From Candidatus Latescibacterota bacterium (GTDB lineage Bacteria > Latescibacterota > UBA2968): a DNA stretch of 64,000 nt. The notes beneath the pieces were generated by a model, which ran no database searches, was not told the DNA's origin, and worked only from the letters and a program-made list of their open reading frames with translations. The stretch is taken from positions 5,472,001-5,536,000 of the forward strand of contig OZ244960.1 of the NCBI GenBank assembly GCA_965222605.1, read 5' to 3'. Both the position numbers and the translations under genes were made by a program. This document shows, piece after piece, positions 28,585-38,057 of the stretch (the stretch's first letter is position 1; every line of letters begins with the position of its first letter).

Positions 28585-30003
28585 TCACCTCGCCGTATAA
28601 TCCCCCTCCAAAATACAGGGGCGACCATCGCGGGCCATCAGTGCAATCCGCGCCAATCCATGCTGTAAAAAACTCGGCCCCATCTGCGACTCGTACCAAT
28701 CAATTCCCGACGCACCTCTCGGCAAATCGCCGTCCATATAGATGGCCATAAGCTTCTCGGCAAGGGCCATGCCCCCGTCCAGCCACCTGGCCTCTCCCGT
28801 CAGATCATATAAATCTGCCAACAACCCCAACCCCAATCCGGCATCCATCGCCGGTACGGCAATGTCATCCGGGAAATCGGTTTCCAAATAGCTCTTTCCA
28901 ACCGCGACGGCCCACGCAAAAAGCCCTTGATGGGTCCGAATGCGATGGCCACACAGGGCAAACAGTGCGACATAACAAGCGGGCCAGTTTCCATATACGC
29001 TGCCCCAAACCGACATCGTTCCATTCGCCTCGTTGGAACCCCGGTGAGAGGAAATCACATAAATACCCCGTTCCAGATCGTGGGGGGCCTTTAAAAATCC
29101 GTCGATATAAACGGCCGCCCGTTCTCTCATGCGAGTGGCCAGATTTGGTAACGCACCTGCAATCAACTCGGCGGATTCAAGCAGGCTCACCCCCAGGGAG
29201 AGCGTCTGCCCAGGCGCATTGATTTGATAAAAATCCTCATCGTCCTCGGGCGACCGGCTCTCCGACTGCAGCAGGCCCAGGTCGTCCCGCTTCTCCCACC
29301 AGTAGTCCAGCATGGTTTCGATCTGTTGTACAAAATCCGTCCGACCCGTCTTCAAGTGGGCAAACGCCCAATCGAAAATGTAAAATCCCCCATGCCTCGG
29401 GAAATCGCAGGACCGCGTCCCTCGGGCATAGGGGCGTTTCTCATCGATATAAGCATGTCGAATGTATTCCAGCGGCTTCCCTTCGGTCCAATGTCCGTCG
29501 ATCCCCTCGGCAAAGCGCTCGACGCATGGCGGATTGAAGGCATACAGTTTTTCCCACAGCCAGAGCGGTGCCTGTCGCAGGTGATCGTGTGTCGTCTTAC
29601 TGGGCCTTGCCCCCTCCCGCAACTGATAGCTGTCTGCCACCCGATTTTCCACCAGGTGCCAGTACGCGTGTTCTCCCCAGGGAAAAATACCCGTTATCGT
29701 ATCCGTGCAGTGGGTCGCAAACCGCTGCAAATACCGGTCTGCCGCCTGTGCATAATCCGGACGGTCCAACGCCTCGGCAAGCGCGTACATCGTCTTCAGC
29801 GCCGTCTGATCGTGGATCAGATTGCTGCCCAGGTGTGACCGATCGCCGTCTCGCTGTCCCGCAATCCCCGGCGGCATTTCCGTCATCATCTGATGGGTCG
29901 ATCTATCAATGATCGAAGGGAACAACCCCTCATAGGTCGCTCCCAATGCGATCAGAATATCCAGCGAACAGCACACCTTCTCAAGCATGGTTTCGGGGTT
30001 CAT
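28585..30003 (-). CDS. Uncharacterised alpha/alpha-barrel protein with no signal peptide; homolog of 50334-51878
   Basis: Shares GDR..GSN, WGEH.xW, E..RHA and FP.HGG.YI motifs with 50334-51878. GGAGG RBS. Confidence 0.7.
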   Translation of the reverse strand: MNPETMLEKVCCSLDILIALGATYEGLFPSIIDRSTHQMMTEMPPGIAGQRDGDRSHLGSNLIHDQTALKTMYALAEALDRPDYAQAADRYLQRFATHCTDTITGIFPWGEHAYWHLVENRVADSYQLREGARPSKTTHDHLRQAPLWLWEKLYAFNPPCVERFAEGIDGHWTEGKPLEYIRHAYIDEKRPYARGTRSCDFPRHGGFYIFDWAFAHLKTGRTDFVQQIETMLDYWWEKRDDLGLLQSESRSPEDDEDFYQINAPGQTLSLGVSLLESAELIAGALPNLATRMRERAAVYIDGFLKAPHDLERGIYVISSHRGSNEANGTMSVWGSVYGNWPACYVALFALCGHRIRTHQGLFAWAVAVGKSYLETDFPDDIAVPAMDAGLGLGLLADLYDLTGEARWLDGGMALAEKLMAIYMDGDLPRGASGIDWYESQMGPSFLQHGLARIALMARDGRPCILEGDYTAR

Positions 30004-30029
30004 CAGCGTCCTCCGGTCTAAAGAAAAGA

Positions 30030-30060
30030 ATTATATAGGGTCTTTTAGGGGGCAGGTCAA
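30030..30060 (-). promoter_or_regulatory. Internal sigma70-like promoter
   Basis: TTGACC-17 nt-TATATA(AT) upstream of the 30003 gene. Confidence 0.5.
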
Positions 30061-30087
30061 GCGGTGTAGGGTGTGGTTGGAGCGGCC

Positions 30088-31176
30088 TTACCTGGCCAGA
30101 CCTCGCTCGACCTTCCGCTCAAACTCGCGCATCTGATCCGCCCCATCTAACACGCCGATTTCCATGTTGAACTCGCGCACTTCGTCCGGTTCAATGTACT
30201 GCAAGGTCCCGTGCTTGCGGTTCCAGGCGCGACCGAGCACCGAGCAGTTGCCCGGCTCAATGCCGGTGACGTAGGTGCCCTTGTGGAAGTGCTGCCAGTG
30301 GTTGACGATGGGGATCTCGCTGTGCTTGAACTGCCAATACAATCCCAAACCGAGCTTTTCGTTGAGCAGGCCGATGTGGACGCGTCCCTGGCGATCAGTG
30401 CGGGGCCGATGCACGTACACATCGTCGTGGGCGCGCGGTTGCGGCCCTTTGGCCACAGTGTAGGCCTCGGGGCCGACGGGGCGGTCCGCGGTCCACTCGG
30501 TGCTCTCGCGGCTGTGGAGGACGAGGCGCGTTCCTTCGTCGAGGAGGGGGAAGCCGGGGTTGCAGTGATACACGAACATGAGGGGCGAACGGTCGACGGC
30601 GAGGTTTTCGATGCGGTCGCGGATGTGGATGCTCCGCTCGCCGAGCACGGTCGAAATCTCGCGCGACAGCTCTAAATTCTCGGCAAAGACCTCGGCCTGG
30701 CGCATTTGGCCGCGGATGCGCACGACGTAATCCGCGCCCTCCCAGCCAGCCTCAATGCCGACGTTCTTCGCCGGTATGTACGAGAGGCGACCGTGTAATG
30801 GCATCTCGGCGTTTTCTTCTTCGGGATCAACTTCTGGGTGGCCGACAAAGTCGAGGCCGCAAGAGGTTACTAGCCCGCCGAACCAGCCGCGCCCCCATTT
30901 GAAGCCCTCTGGCTCGTAGAAGGCCGGCCCGACGTCTCCGGGTCCGGAACGGAAGCACAGCGACTGGCCCTTGTAGTGGGCCGAGGCAATGTCGAGGGCG
31001 CGGCCGGGCAATACGGAAAACCCCAGGCCCGAAGCGTTGAATACGTCGATGAGATCGGCGCCGCGCTCGAATCCTTCGCTGCGCTCGGCGCGGCGGGCGT
31101 ACATGAGTTGGCTGATGTCGCCGACGCGGTTGAGCAGTTGGCGGCGAGTGAAGTTGCGGCCGAAGAGCTTGGGCAT
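30088..31176 (-). CDS. DUF4432 / aldose 1-epimerase-like protein
   Basis: VLPGRALDIASA, GLVTSCGL, LHGRLSYIPA, YHCNPGFPLL, YVTGIEPGN. Confidence 0.85.
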   Translation of the reverse strand: MPKLFGRNFTRRQLLNRVGDISQLMYARRAERSEGFERGADLIDVFNASGLGFSVLPGRALDIASAHYKGQSLCFRSGPGDVGPAFYEPEGFKWGRGWFGGLVTSCGLDFVGHPEVDPEEENAEMPLHGRLSYIPAKNVGIEAGWEGADYVVRIRGQMRQAEVFAENLELSREISTVLGERSIHIRDRIENLAVDRSPLMFVYHCNPGFPLLDEGTRLVLHSRESTEWTADRPVGPEAYTVAKGPQPRAHDDVYVHRPRTDRQGRVHIGLLNEKLGLGLYWQFKHSEIPIVNHWQHFHKGTYVTGIEPGNCSVLGRAWNRKHGTLQYIEPDEVREFNMEIGVLDGADQMREFERKVERGLAR

Positions 31177-31209
31177 GAGGAACCTCCTGTAGCAAATGCT
31201 GATCGTTAA

Positions 31210-32034
31210 TTAACGGACAAAGATCTGAAATTCGACCTGAACCGGTTTATGGTCGGATGGATAAACACCGTCGACATTGTAGTCCACGACCTCATACGAG
31301 CGGACTTCAACGTCCCCTCTGAACAAAATCCAGTCGATTCCGCTGCCGCCTTCTATACTGTCTTTCAGTACGCCAGGCTCTCCCGAGCCTTTATCTCCGA
31401 CAAATGCTCTATAGACATCGCTCTCCGGTCTTGCGTTGAAATCTCCCAACAGAAACACAGGGCGCGGCCTGGTCCATTCACCAAACCGGTCGAGCGCACG
31501 GACCCGCTCGACAATTAGTCTTGCACTATTCAGCCTTGCCAGAGCCATTCCCTCGCCTGGGGCCAGATGCGTGTTGAAGACATACAACTCCTGAGTATTC
31601 TCCCAGTGCCCCCTGTAGTCCATTGGGTAGGGACTCGTTTCTTTAGCTGCCGGTCTGTTGATGATCGCGAGGCGGGCCCATGTGACCATACGAGGATTGT
31701 CAGTAGGGCCGCTACCGATGACTTCCGGCGTTTCCGATAGCTGAAAACTGCCCATTTCCCTGAGGCGGAATCTCTCGCGCTTGAAGAAGATGGCCATATG
31801 CTCGTCATCATCCCCACCCTTTCGGCCTTCTCCGATGACCACGTATTCAGGCAAATGATCCATCAGATAGTCGATCTGCTCCTTCAAGCCTTCCTGGCTA
31901 CCAATGATGTCAGGACTGTGTTTGCGAATCAGCGCCACTTGCATATCGCGCCGTACTTCCCAGGGTGGCTCAAACATGGGACTGGCATACTTCAGGTTGT
32001 AAGTCATCAACTTGATCGTCTTCTCGTCCGCCAT
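31210..32034 (-). CDS. Endonuclease/exonuclease/phosphatase family protein
   Basis: MTYNL, PDIIGSQE, NTHL, GDFN, IDWIL, PSDHKPV. Confidence 0.9.
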   Translation of the reverse strand: MADEKTIKLMTYNLKYASPMFEPPWEVRRDMQVALIRKHSPDIIGSQEGLKEQIDYLMDHLPEYVVIGEGRKGGDDDEHMAIFFKRERFRLREMGSFQLSETPEVIGSGPTDNPRMVTWARLAIINRPAAKETSPYPMDYRGHWENTQELYVFNTHLAPGEGMALARLNSARLIVERVRALDRFGEWTRPRPVFLLGDFNARPESDVYRAFVGDKGSGEPGVLKDSIEGGSGIDWILFRGDVEVRSYEVVDYNVDGVYPSDHKPVQVEFQIFVR

Positions 32035-32069
32035 CAGATTTCCTCGAGTATATTTGGGTGTTTATTCAT
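32034..32069 (-). pseudogene. Sulfatase N-terminal stub (8 codons) joined to the next gene's RBS
   Basis: MNKHPNIL-EEI*. PNIL is the conserved sulfatase start and is followed directly by GAGGAAATCTG-ATG. Confidence 0.6.
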
Positions 32070-32073
32070 AAAA

Positions 32074-32168
32074 TCACATGAGGGGGAGGTCCTTCACATC
32101 GAGGCCGTCCGCCTCCATGCGGTCAATAAGATGTAGATAAGTCCCATAGCGTGTGTTGTCCCAATGTT
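32074..32168 (-). pseudogene. Orphan C-terminal gene stub
   Basis: Open frame (K)HWDNTRYGTYLHLIDRMEADGLDVKDLPLM* with no start, filling the spacer. Confidence 0.45.
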
Positions 32169-33239
32169 TCAGGCTCCTGCCACAGCGACCTCTTGTCCGG
32201 ACGACGCCGAGGCATAGAGCGCGTCCATCAGACGCTGGATGCGGATGATTTCCGGTCCTGAAACGGGAGATGCCTCACCCTGACGGACGGCACTCAGAAA
32301 ATCGTTGATCAGCCGCCTCATATCGTAGTCGCAAGGCTTCAACGTCCCTCTGGCGGGGGTCTCATCACGCCACGATCGTCCGTTGTCGGTCCAGATTCTG
32401 AGTGGTGAGATGGACGCGGTACCCCGGTCTCCGAGAAAGGCCCAGCCTTCGCGTCTATCAGAGGGTGCCTGAAGAAAATTCGCTTCCACAGTCAGGATGG
32501 TATTTCCAGACAGTCGAATGAAGCCAGCGCCGAAGTCCTCGAAATCCGGATCGAGCGACGCCGGATCGATGTCATCTCGTACGGGTCCGGCCGCCGACGG
32601 GTAATCGGAGACCCGCTGGTGGCGGAATGCGCTGGCGGTCAGCGGTTCGGGGTTGCCAAGCAGCCAGAGCACGAGGTCGAGGTTGTGGATCGTCCAGTGT
32701 GCGAGAACGCCGCCGCCGTTTTTTAGTCCACGCGACCGGTGCGCTCTCTTCGGCAGTCCGTAGGCACTCCCGCCCCACGTTCGAACGGCGTGTACGTGAC
32801 CGAGGACGCCGTCTGCAATTCGGTCTCTCAGGTATCGGGACTCGTCCCAGGTTCGGTATTCGAAGCAAATGCTCAGCAGTCGATTGTTCGTTTCGGCGGC
32901 GTGGACCATGTCCCGGGCCTCGCCCGCATTCATTGCCACGGGCTTCTCGCACAGGACGTGACATCCCGCCTCCAGGCACATCACTGCGAGGTTTCGATGA
33001 CTCGAGGGCAGCGTAGCGATGCTCACGACATCGGGCCTGGTCTTTTCGAGCATTTCTTCCGCGTTTTGAAATCCGGCGACTTCAAACTGCTTTCCGGCCC
33101 GCGACACCCGTTCGGGCTCCAGGTCGCATACGCCCACGAGCGAGCAGACCCCGGCATCTGCTGCCTCCCAGTAGGCTGGCAGATGTTGTGTGGTTGCAAT
33201 TTGGCCGCACCCGATTACGGCGACTTTCATCGGACTCAT
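32169..33239 (-). CDS. Gfo/Idh/MocA-family oxidoreductase
   Basis: KVAVIGCG, HVLCEKPVA, GGGVLAHWTIHNLD. GAGGA RBS before ATG 33239. Confidence 0.9.
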   Translation of the reverse strand: MSPMKVAVIGCGQIATTQHLPAYWEAADAGVCSLVGVCDLEPERVSRAGKQFEVAGFQNAEEMLEKTRPDVVSIATLPSSHRNLAVMCLEAGCHVLCEKPVAMNAGEARDMVHAAETNNRLLSICFEYRTWDESRYLRDRIADGVLGHVHAVRTWGGSAYGLPKRAHRSRGLKNGGGVLAHWTIHNLDLVLWLLGNPEPLTASAFRHQRVSDYPSAAGPVRDDIDPASLDPDFEDFGAGFIRLSGNTILTVEANFLQAPSDRREGWAFLGDRGTASISPLRIWTDNGRSWRDETPARGTLKPCDYDMRRLINDFLSAVRQGEASPVSGPEIIRIQRLMDALYASASSGQEVAVAGA

Positions 33240-33250
33240 GAGTTCCTCAT

Positions 33251-35356
33251 TCAATCTTCGATTAGCACGGTGTCCATCGCCGGAACCAGGACCGATCGGT
33301 CCGCCAGTTCCACGGATACGGATGCCGGTGTGAAGTTCGCAACGGCGATCACGTTGCAGGTGCGGGACCGGAAGCGATATGCCCTGACTCCTTCCAAACC
33401 CGTATCCAGCCGGTCTATCTCCTGGCCAATGCGGCGAGTTCCGGCACGACCCTGGCGTATGACACACGCGTAGTCCCGGACGTTTCTACCGCTCACTCCG
33501 GGGCACAGGAATACGCGGTCCTGGAGCAAGTTCTTCCACCGCTCAGGTGTATTTCTCTCCGAGGCATCTTCATAGAAAAGTTGCTCGCCGCACGTCTCGA
33601 TCCCCAAACATCCCGCGATCTTGATCCAGGTCGAATCTGTTTCAATCACCCGTGCTCGTCCACCTACGCCTCGCACGGTGCGACGACCGCCTTCGAAGGA
33701 GATCGGGACCCGGTTGCCGTTTACAAAGTCATTCATGATATAGACGCCAAATCCCTCGTTCAGCGAGAGCGCGACATCCGCGACTGTCCAGTCTATAACG
33801 AGCGAAGTTTCCCCGTCTTCGAGCGCGACGACGGCGATTGATTGTCGAATTCGACCGTCCGCGTATTCGATCGCACCCGTGGTCGTGAAGCCTTTCTCCG
33901 ATGTGTGATCGGTGTGGAAGAGCGGCGTGGGATTCAGGCGCTCGCCGTTGATTTCGAAACGTCCGATGAAGGCGTCCTGATCTGATCCGAGCGTGTCTTC
34001 TCCACCAGCCGGTACGACCATTCCCATCACGCTGTGTGCCAGGGATCGCCAGGCGAATGAGAACAGGCCCTGCTTGCTGCGGCGAACTTGCAGCCAGACA
34101 TAGGGATAGGCATCAGTTCCGACCTGTTCGCGTCTGAATTCCTCGACGGATATCGGCGAGACGTCGGGTATGCCGGCAATCACGAGGCCGGCCAGTTGCC
34201 CCATGATGCCCGTTTCGAACTGGAAGTAGCGACCACCAGCCGCGTGTGGCATTCGGGCGTTGAATCGGCCGTCTCCTGCGTCCCGCATCAACTCGTCCAG
34301 ATACACGAGGTTCTGCCACAGCATATGACCTGCAAATCGGTCGCCGAATTCCTCGAACATGACGGCGTGCTGGAAGCTGATGTCGGGTTCGTGGTAGGTC
34401 CAGTCCTGGCCGGATGGGTAGGCCGTAAATCCGTTATAGAGAAAAAAACGCCTTAGCACCTTCCAGGCATCGTGGACGTGGTGCAGGTAATGCGGGGGAG
34501 GTGTTTTGCCCGTCAGTGTGAAGGCGAGGCGCCCCGTCATCAGGAGGACACCACAGCCGAGGTACCCCGGATGGAAGGAACCGTGGTTCTCCACGGTGAG
34601 GTCGGGGTGGGCCGTTTGCGTGCAGATCCAGTCTTTCAGCGGGCGACCGTCGAAGAGTCGCGTATCGACCCGATCGAGGTCCGTGGTGAAGGTGTTGACG
34701 GCGAACAGCTTGCCCCGGTAGAGCCATTCGTCCGCGTGGGGATGGTCGGGAAGGAGGCAATACGCCCAGGCAAGCAGATAACTGTCCCACGCATTTTCCT
34801 CCTCCTTCGTGTCGTGCCAGCGGCCGTCCGGGGGATCGACACCGAGAAATCGGTCCGCTTCAAACGCGAGCACGCGATGGAAGGCTTCGCGCACGTCCGG
34901 CTCCAGTTCGTTCGCAACGTGGTTGGCTGCCATTGCGATGTCCGCGATCCAGAGGGACGATTCCCAGTCGTCGCCCCACTGGCCATTCCATTCGAACGGC
35001 TCCGTTCTTCGCGATCCGCTCAGATGGTGCGCGCAGATCCAGCGGAGACACTGGTTTAATCGGTCGAGCAGGACGGGCTTTTCGATTCCAGCAAGCATCG
35101 GATCGAAGAACGCGCTCTGATGGAGGGCTGCGTAGCCTCGAAGTTCATCGCCCAGGGATCGGATGATCATTTCGTTGATCGGTCCGCCCGGGGGTTGAAA
35201 CTCGTTCACATCGAGGGTTCCGAAGTAGCCGTGTTCCGCGCCCTCATCGACCCAGTACTGCTCGATGTAGGGGATGTGCCGACACATCAGGTGAACGAGA
35301 TCGGCCTCGGACGGAAAAGTCGGCGCGCTCGTGTCGAGTGGTGGGTAGTCGATCAT
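33251..35356 (-). CDS. Large hypothetical protein (701 aa), possibly polysaccharide lyase-like
   Basis: Long ORF with a helical-looking N-terminal half (WGDDWESSLW, DTKEEENAW, VENHGSFHPGY, YPSGQDW) and a beta-rich C-terminal half. The function is inference only. Confidence 0.6.
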   Translation of the reverse strand: MIDYPPLDTSAPTFPSEADLVHLMCRHIPYIEQYWVDEGAEHGYFGTLDVNEFQPPGGPINEMIIRSLGDELRGYAALHQSAFFDPMLAGIEKPVLLDRLNQCLRWICAHHLSGSRRTEPFEWNGQWGDDWESSLWIADIAMAANHVANELEPDVREAFHRVLAFEADRFLGVDPPDGRWHDTKEEENAWDSYLLAWAYCLLPDHPHADEWLYRGKLFAVNTFTTDLDRVDTRLFDGRPLKDWICTQTAHPDLTVENHGSFHPGYLGCGVLLMTGRLAFTLTGKTPPPHYLHHVHDAWKVLRRFFLYNGFTAYPSGQDWTYHEPDISFQHAVMFEEFGDRFAGHMLWQNLVYLDELMRDAGDGRFNARMPHAAGGRYFQFETGIMGQLAGLVIAGIPDVSPISVEEFRREQVGTDAYPYVWLQVRRSKQGLFSFAWRSLAHSVMGMVVPAGGEDTLGSDQDAFIGRFEINGERLNPTPLFHTDHTSEKGFTTTGAIEYADGRIRQSIAVVALEDGETSLVIDWTVADVALSLNEGFGVYIMNDFVNGNRVPISFEGGRRTVRGVGGRARVIETDSTWIKIAGCLGIETCGEQLFYEDASERNTPERWKNLLQDRVFLCPGVSGRNVRDYACVIRQGRAGTRRIGQEIDRLDTGLEGVRAYRFRSRTCNVIAVANFTPASVSVELADRSVLVPAMDTVLIED

Positions 35357-35592
35357 AAGGCGGCTCCCGACTCTACGGTTTCGTGTGGTTCGTCGCAGCG
35401 GAAAACGACGAGTTTGCCGCTGTCGATGCGGTTTTTCACATCCCGCACAAATTCACGGGCGAGGTTGGTATCGTAGAGTACCAGAGCACCCGGTGACTGT
35501 GTGTGGGTTTGGAGCCGCTCCGATTTTTCGCTCCAGGTCGATTGAAGCGTGTCGGATGCATCTCCCTCAGCGATAAGAATGACGTATGCCAT
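35353..35592 (-). CDS. Small hypothetical protein (79 aa)
   Basis: GGGAG RBS and ATGA overlap with the downstream gene. Confidence 0.5.
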   Translation of the reverse strand: MAYVILIAEGDASDTLQSTWSEKSERLQTHTQSPGALVLYDTNLAREFVRDVKNRIDSGKLVVFRCDEPHETVESGAAL

Positions 35593-35620
35593 GTGGTCTC
35601 TCCCTTTCTTTTTTTATCTT

Positions 35621-35719
35621 TTACGCCTCAAACCGATGCAACTGACGCGAAGGCACGAGCAATTTATCGCCGAGAAGCTTGTAATCCCGGCCATTACGGC
35701 CCAGGCATTGCTTACGGGT
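35621..35719 (-). pseudogene. Possible orphan C-terminal stub
   Basis: Frame ...KQCLGRNGRDYKLLGDKLLVPSRQLHRFEA* with no start. Confidence 0.3.
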
Positions 35720-35721
35720 GA

Positions 35722-36576
35722 TTAACTTCTCTGCACGGCAAAACCGGCTTCTTCGAGAAGCTGTATGATTCGGTTGGCGGCTTCAATGTAGTTCTCTCGG
35801 CCGGAGACGTGGAATTTCTGAGAATGAAGCAAGTGTGGCTCAGTGGTGATATAGCCTGAGTAGTTCATTTGGAAAAGGCGTTTGAAGATTTCGGGATATC
35901 CGCATTTTCCGTCGCCAGCAATGCAGTAGGTGCTGGTGTCGCCAGGTTCTCGGATGTCTTTGACGTGGACATTGGTGATGTAATCTTTCAGGTTTTCAAA
36001 AATGTCGATTCCAACTTCGCCATGTGCACCAAAGTTGCCGGGGTCAAAGTTGAGCCGGAAATTCGGAGAATTAACATCTTGAAGTGCTTTTAAACATTCG
36101 GAGGCGGTGCAGACGGCTGACGTTTTGTTGGGTGGATTTTCGAGTATAAGGGTTTTATTTTCCGCGGCAGCTATTTCGGCCATTGCGGTGTACATTTCAA
36201 TGGCGATTGCAAACCAGTCGGTTCCTGCGTCGCCTTTTTTATATCCCATCGTGCGCAGTTGGGTTGTGCCAACGTAGTCGGCACGTTGAACGGCGCGGGT
36301 GATGTGCGATATGTCCTGTGCGCGATTGGCTTCGTCGGGTACTGTGCGGCCCACCTGACCGAGATAAGTGGTGACGGTAAAACCTCGTTCTTTGACACGA
36401 TCTGCGACACGGATGAATGTGTCGTCATTCATCTGATCGACCATTTCACCATAGGCCGCACGCAGTTCAATAAATTTGATGCCAAGTTCATCGAGCACAT
36501 CCAACCCTTCGTCCAGATCCCACGATGGACTGGGTTCGTCGTTAACACCGGCGATACGGATTTTTCTATCAGTCAT
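35722..36576 (-). CDS. Sugar phosphate isomerase/epimerase (TIM barrel)
   Basis: IELR, LILEN, NFDPGNF, NVHVKD, ITTEPH. Confidence 0.85.
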   Translation of the reverse strand: MTDRKIRIAGVNDEPSPSWDLDEGLDVLDELGIKFIELRAAYGEMVDQMNDDTFIRVADRVKERGFTVTTYLGQVGRTVPDEANRAQDISHITRAVQRADYVGTTQLRTMGYKKGDAGTDWFAIAIEMYTAMAEIAAAENKTLILENPPNKTSAVCTASECLKALQDVNSPNFRLNFDPGNFGAHGEVGIDIFENLKDYITNVHVKDIREPGDTSTYCIAGDGKCGYPEIFKRLFQMNYSGYITTEPHLLHSQKFHVSGRENYIEAANRIIQLLEEAGFAVQRS

Positions 36577-36612
36577 CTTTTTATCTCCATTGGAGCTCTC
36601 TTTTTTGGACTT

Positions 36613-37008
36613 CTACGAGGAAGGGAGGAAAGCTACGGCTTCAATCTCGACCAGGTAATCGGGGTGAGCGATGCCACTGACGAACAACAGCGTGTTCGGG
36701 GGGGAAGGCGCCCTGAAGAAGCTGTTGCGGACACGACGAAAGGCCTCCAGGTGGCTGCGATCAGTCAGATAGGTAGTCAATTTGACGATGTCTTCCAGAC
36801 TGCCTCCGAGTTCCTCGATGATGGTCTGAAGATTCGCGTAAACCTGGTGAGTCTGTGCCTTGATATTGCCTTTCCCTACCAGATTGCCGTCCACATCCAG
36901 GGCGATTTGACCGGCGATATAGACGGTGTCGCCAGCCTTCGCTACGTGAGAGTAACCCACCCCCGCAGTCGAGTGGACACTCACCGGTTGTATAATCTCA
37001 CGAGCCAT
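36613..37008 (-). CDS. RidA/YjgF/UK114 family protein
   Basis: YSHVAKAGDTVYIAGQ, DIVKLTTYLTD, LVEIEAVA. Confidence 0.9.
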   Translation of the reverse strand: MAREIIQPVSVHSTAGVGYSHVAKAGDTVYIAGQIALDVDGNLVGKGNIKAQTHQVYANLQTIIEELGGSLEDIVKLTTYLTDRSHLEAFRRVRNSFFRAPSPPNTLLFVSGIAHPDYLVEIEAVAFLPSS

Positions 37009-37039
37009 CGCTTCCGACCTCCTGTGTTATTGGTTGTGT

Positions 37040-37990
37040 TCATCTCCCAGTCAGACCCGTCTTCCCGGGTGGGCAGATCGTGTCTATCTTGTCCAGGGTG
37101 GCTTTATCGAGCTCGCCGTCGGCTGCTGCTGCATTCTGTTTTGCCTGCTCGGGCGTCTTCATTCCGGGAATAGGGCAGGTGACAGCAGGATTGGCGAGGG
37201 TAAACTTGAGCGCGAAATCAACCATGTTTGTCCCGTCAGGTACTAACTCGCGCAGTGCCGCGACCTTGTCGAGTTTGGCGAGGAAATCATCGCGTTGACT
37301 TTCTCCTGGATTCCAGTGATCTCGAACCGAGTCTTCAAACTTTGTATCTGTGGAGAATTTATCCGCCAAAAGACCCTGAGCTATTGGTCCTCGCAGTAAC
37401 ACCCCGATATTGTTGTCCAGGCAGTGGGGGAGGATGTCATTCTCAGGCCTCCGGTTAAAGAGCGAGTAGTTGATCTGACACGATGCGCAGGCACCCTCTG
37501 AGTCGAGCGCTTTGAGCGAATTCAGGTCGTTGGTGGATATCGCGTAGTGACGGATCTTTCCCTCTTTCTTGAGCAACTCAAAGGCTTCGACAAAGATCTC
37601 GGGATTTTCCGGGGTTCCTATGTGACACTGATACAGGTCGATATAGTCTGTATCGAGACGGTAGAGGCTTGCGTGACAGCAGTTGATGATGCTGTATATC
37701 GACTTGTATCCGAGGGGATCTTCCTGGCGCCGCCCCCAGTTGCCAGCCTTTGTCGCGATGTAGGCCTCGGATCTCTTACTTTTGAGTGCTTTACCTGTGT
37801 AGATTTCACTCTGCCCCAGGCCGTAGCCATCCGCGGTGTCAAACAAATTAACGCCCGCCTCGAGGGCTGCGCTGATGGTGTCGAGGGCCTGCTTTTCTTC
37901 GACCGGTCCCCACTGGCCACCAATGCCCCAGCATCCCATAGAGACGGCGCTTACGTTCCACCCAGTTTTCCCAAGCGTTCTGTATTGCAT
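37040..37990 (-). CDS. Aldo/keto reductase
   Basis: YRTLGKTG, FDTADGYG, IATK, SLYRLDTDYIDLYQCH, IPGMKT. Confidence 0.93.
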   Translation of the reverse strand: MQYRTLGKTGWNVSAVSMGCWGIGGQWGPVEEKQALDTISAALEAGVNLFDTADGYGLGQSEIYTGKALKSKRSEAYIATKAGNWGRRQEDPLGYKSIYSIINCCHASLYRLDTDYIDLYQCHIGTPENPEIFVEAFELLKKEGKIRHYAISTNDLNSLKALDSEGACASCQINYSLFNRRPENDILPHCLDNNIGVLLRGPIAQGLLADKFSTDTKFEDSVRDHWNPGESQRDDFLAKLDKVAALRELVPDGTNMVDFALKFTLANPAVTCPIPGMKTPEQAKQNAAAADGELDKATLDKIDTICPPGKTGLTGR

Positions 37991-38057
37991 GATATTCCTC
38001 CGTATGTGTTGTGCCGTAGCTTCTACTCTGCTTCGACGGTCTGATTGAAGTCCAGGG

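Noticed and set aside
33240-33467. N-terminal extension of the oxidoreductase ORF
   Set aside because: It overlaps the upstream gene. The Rossmann motif and RBS support a start at 33239 or 33230.
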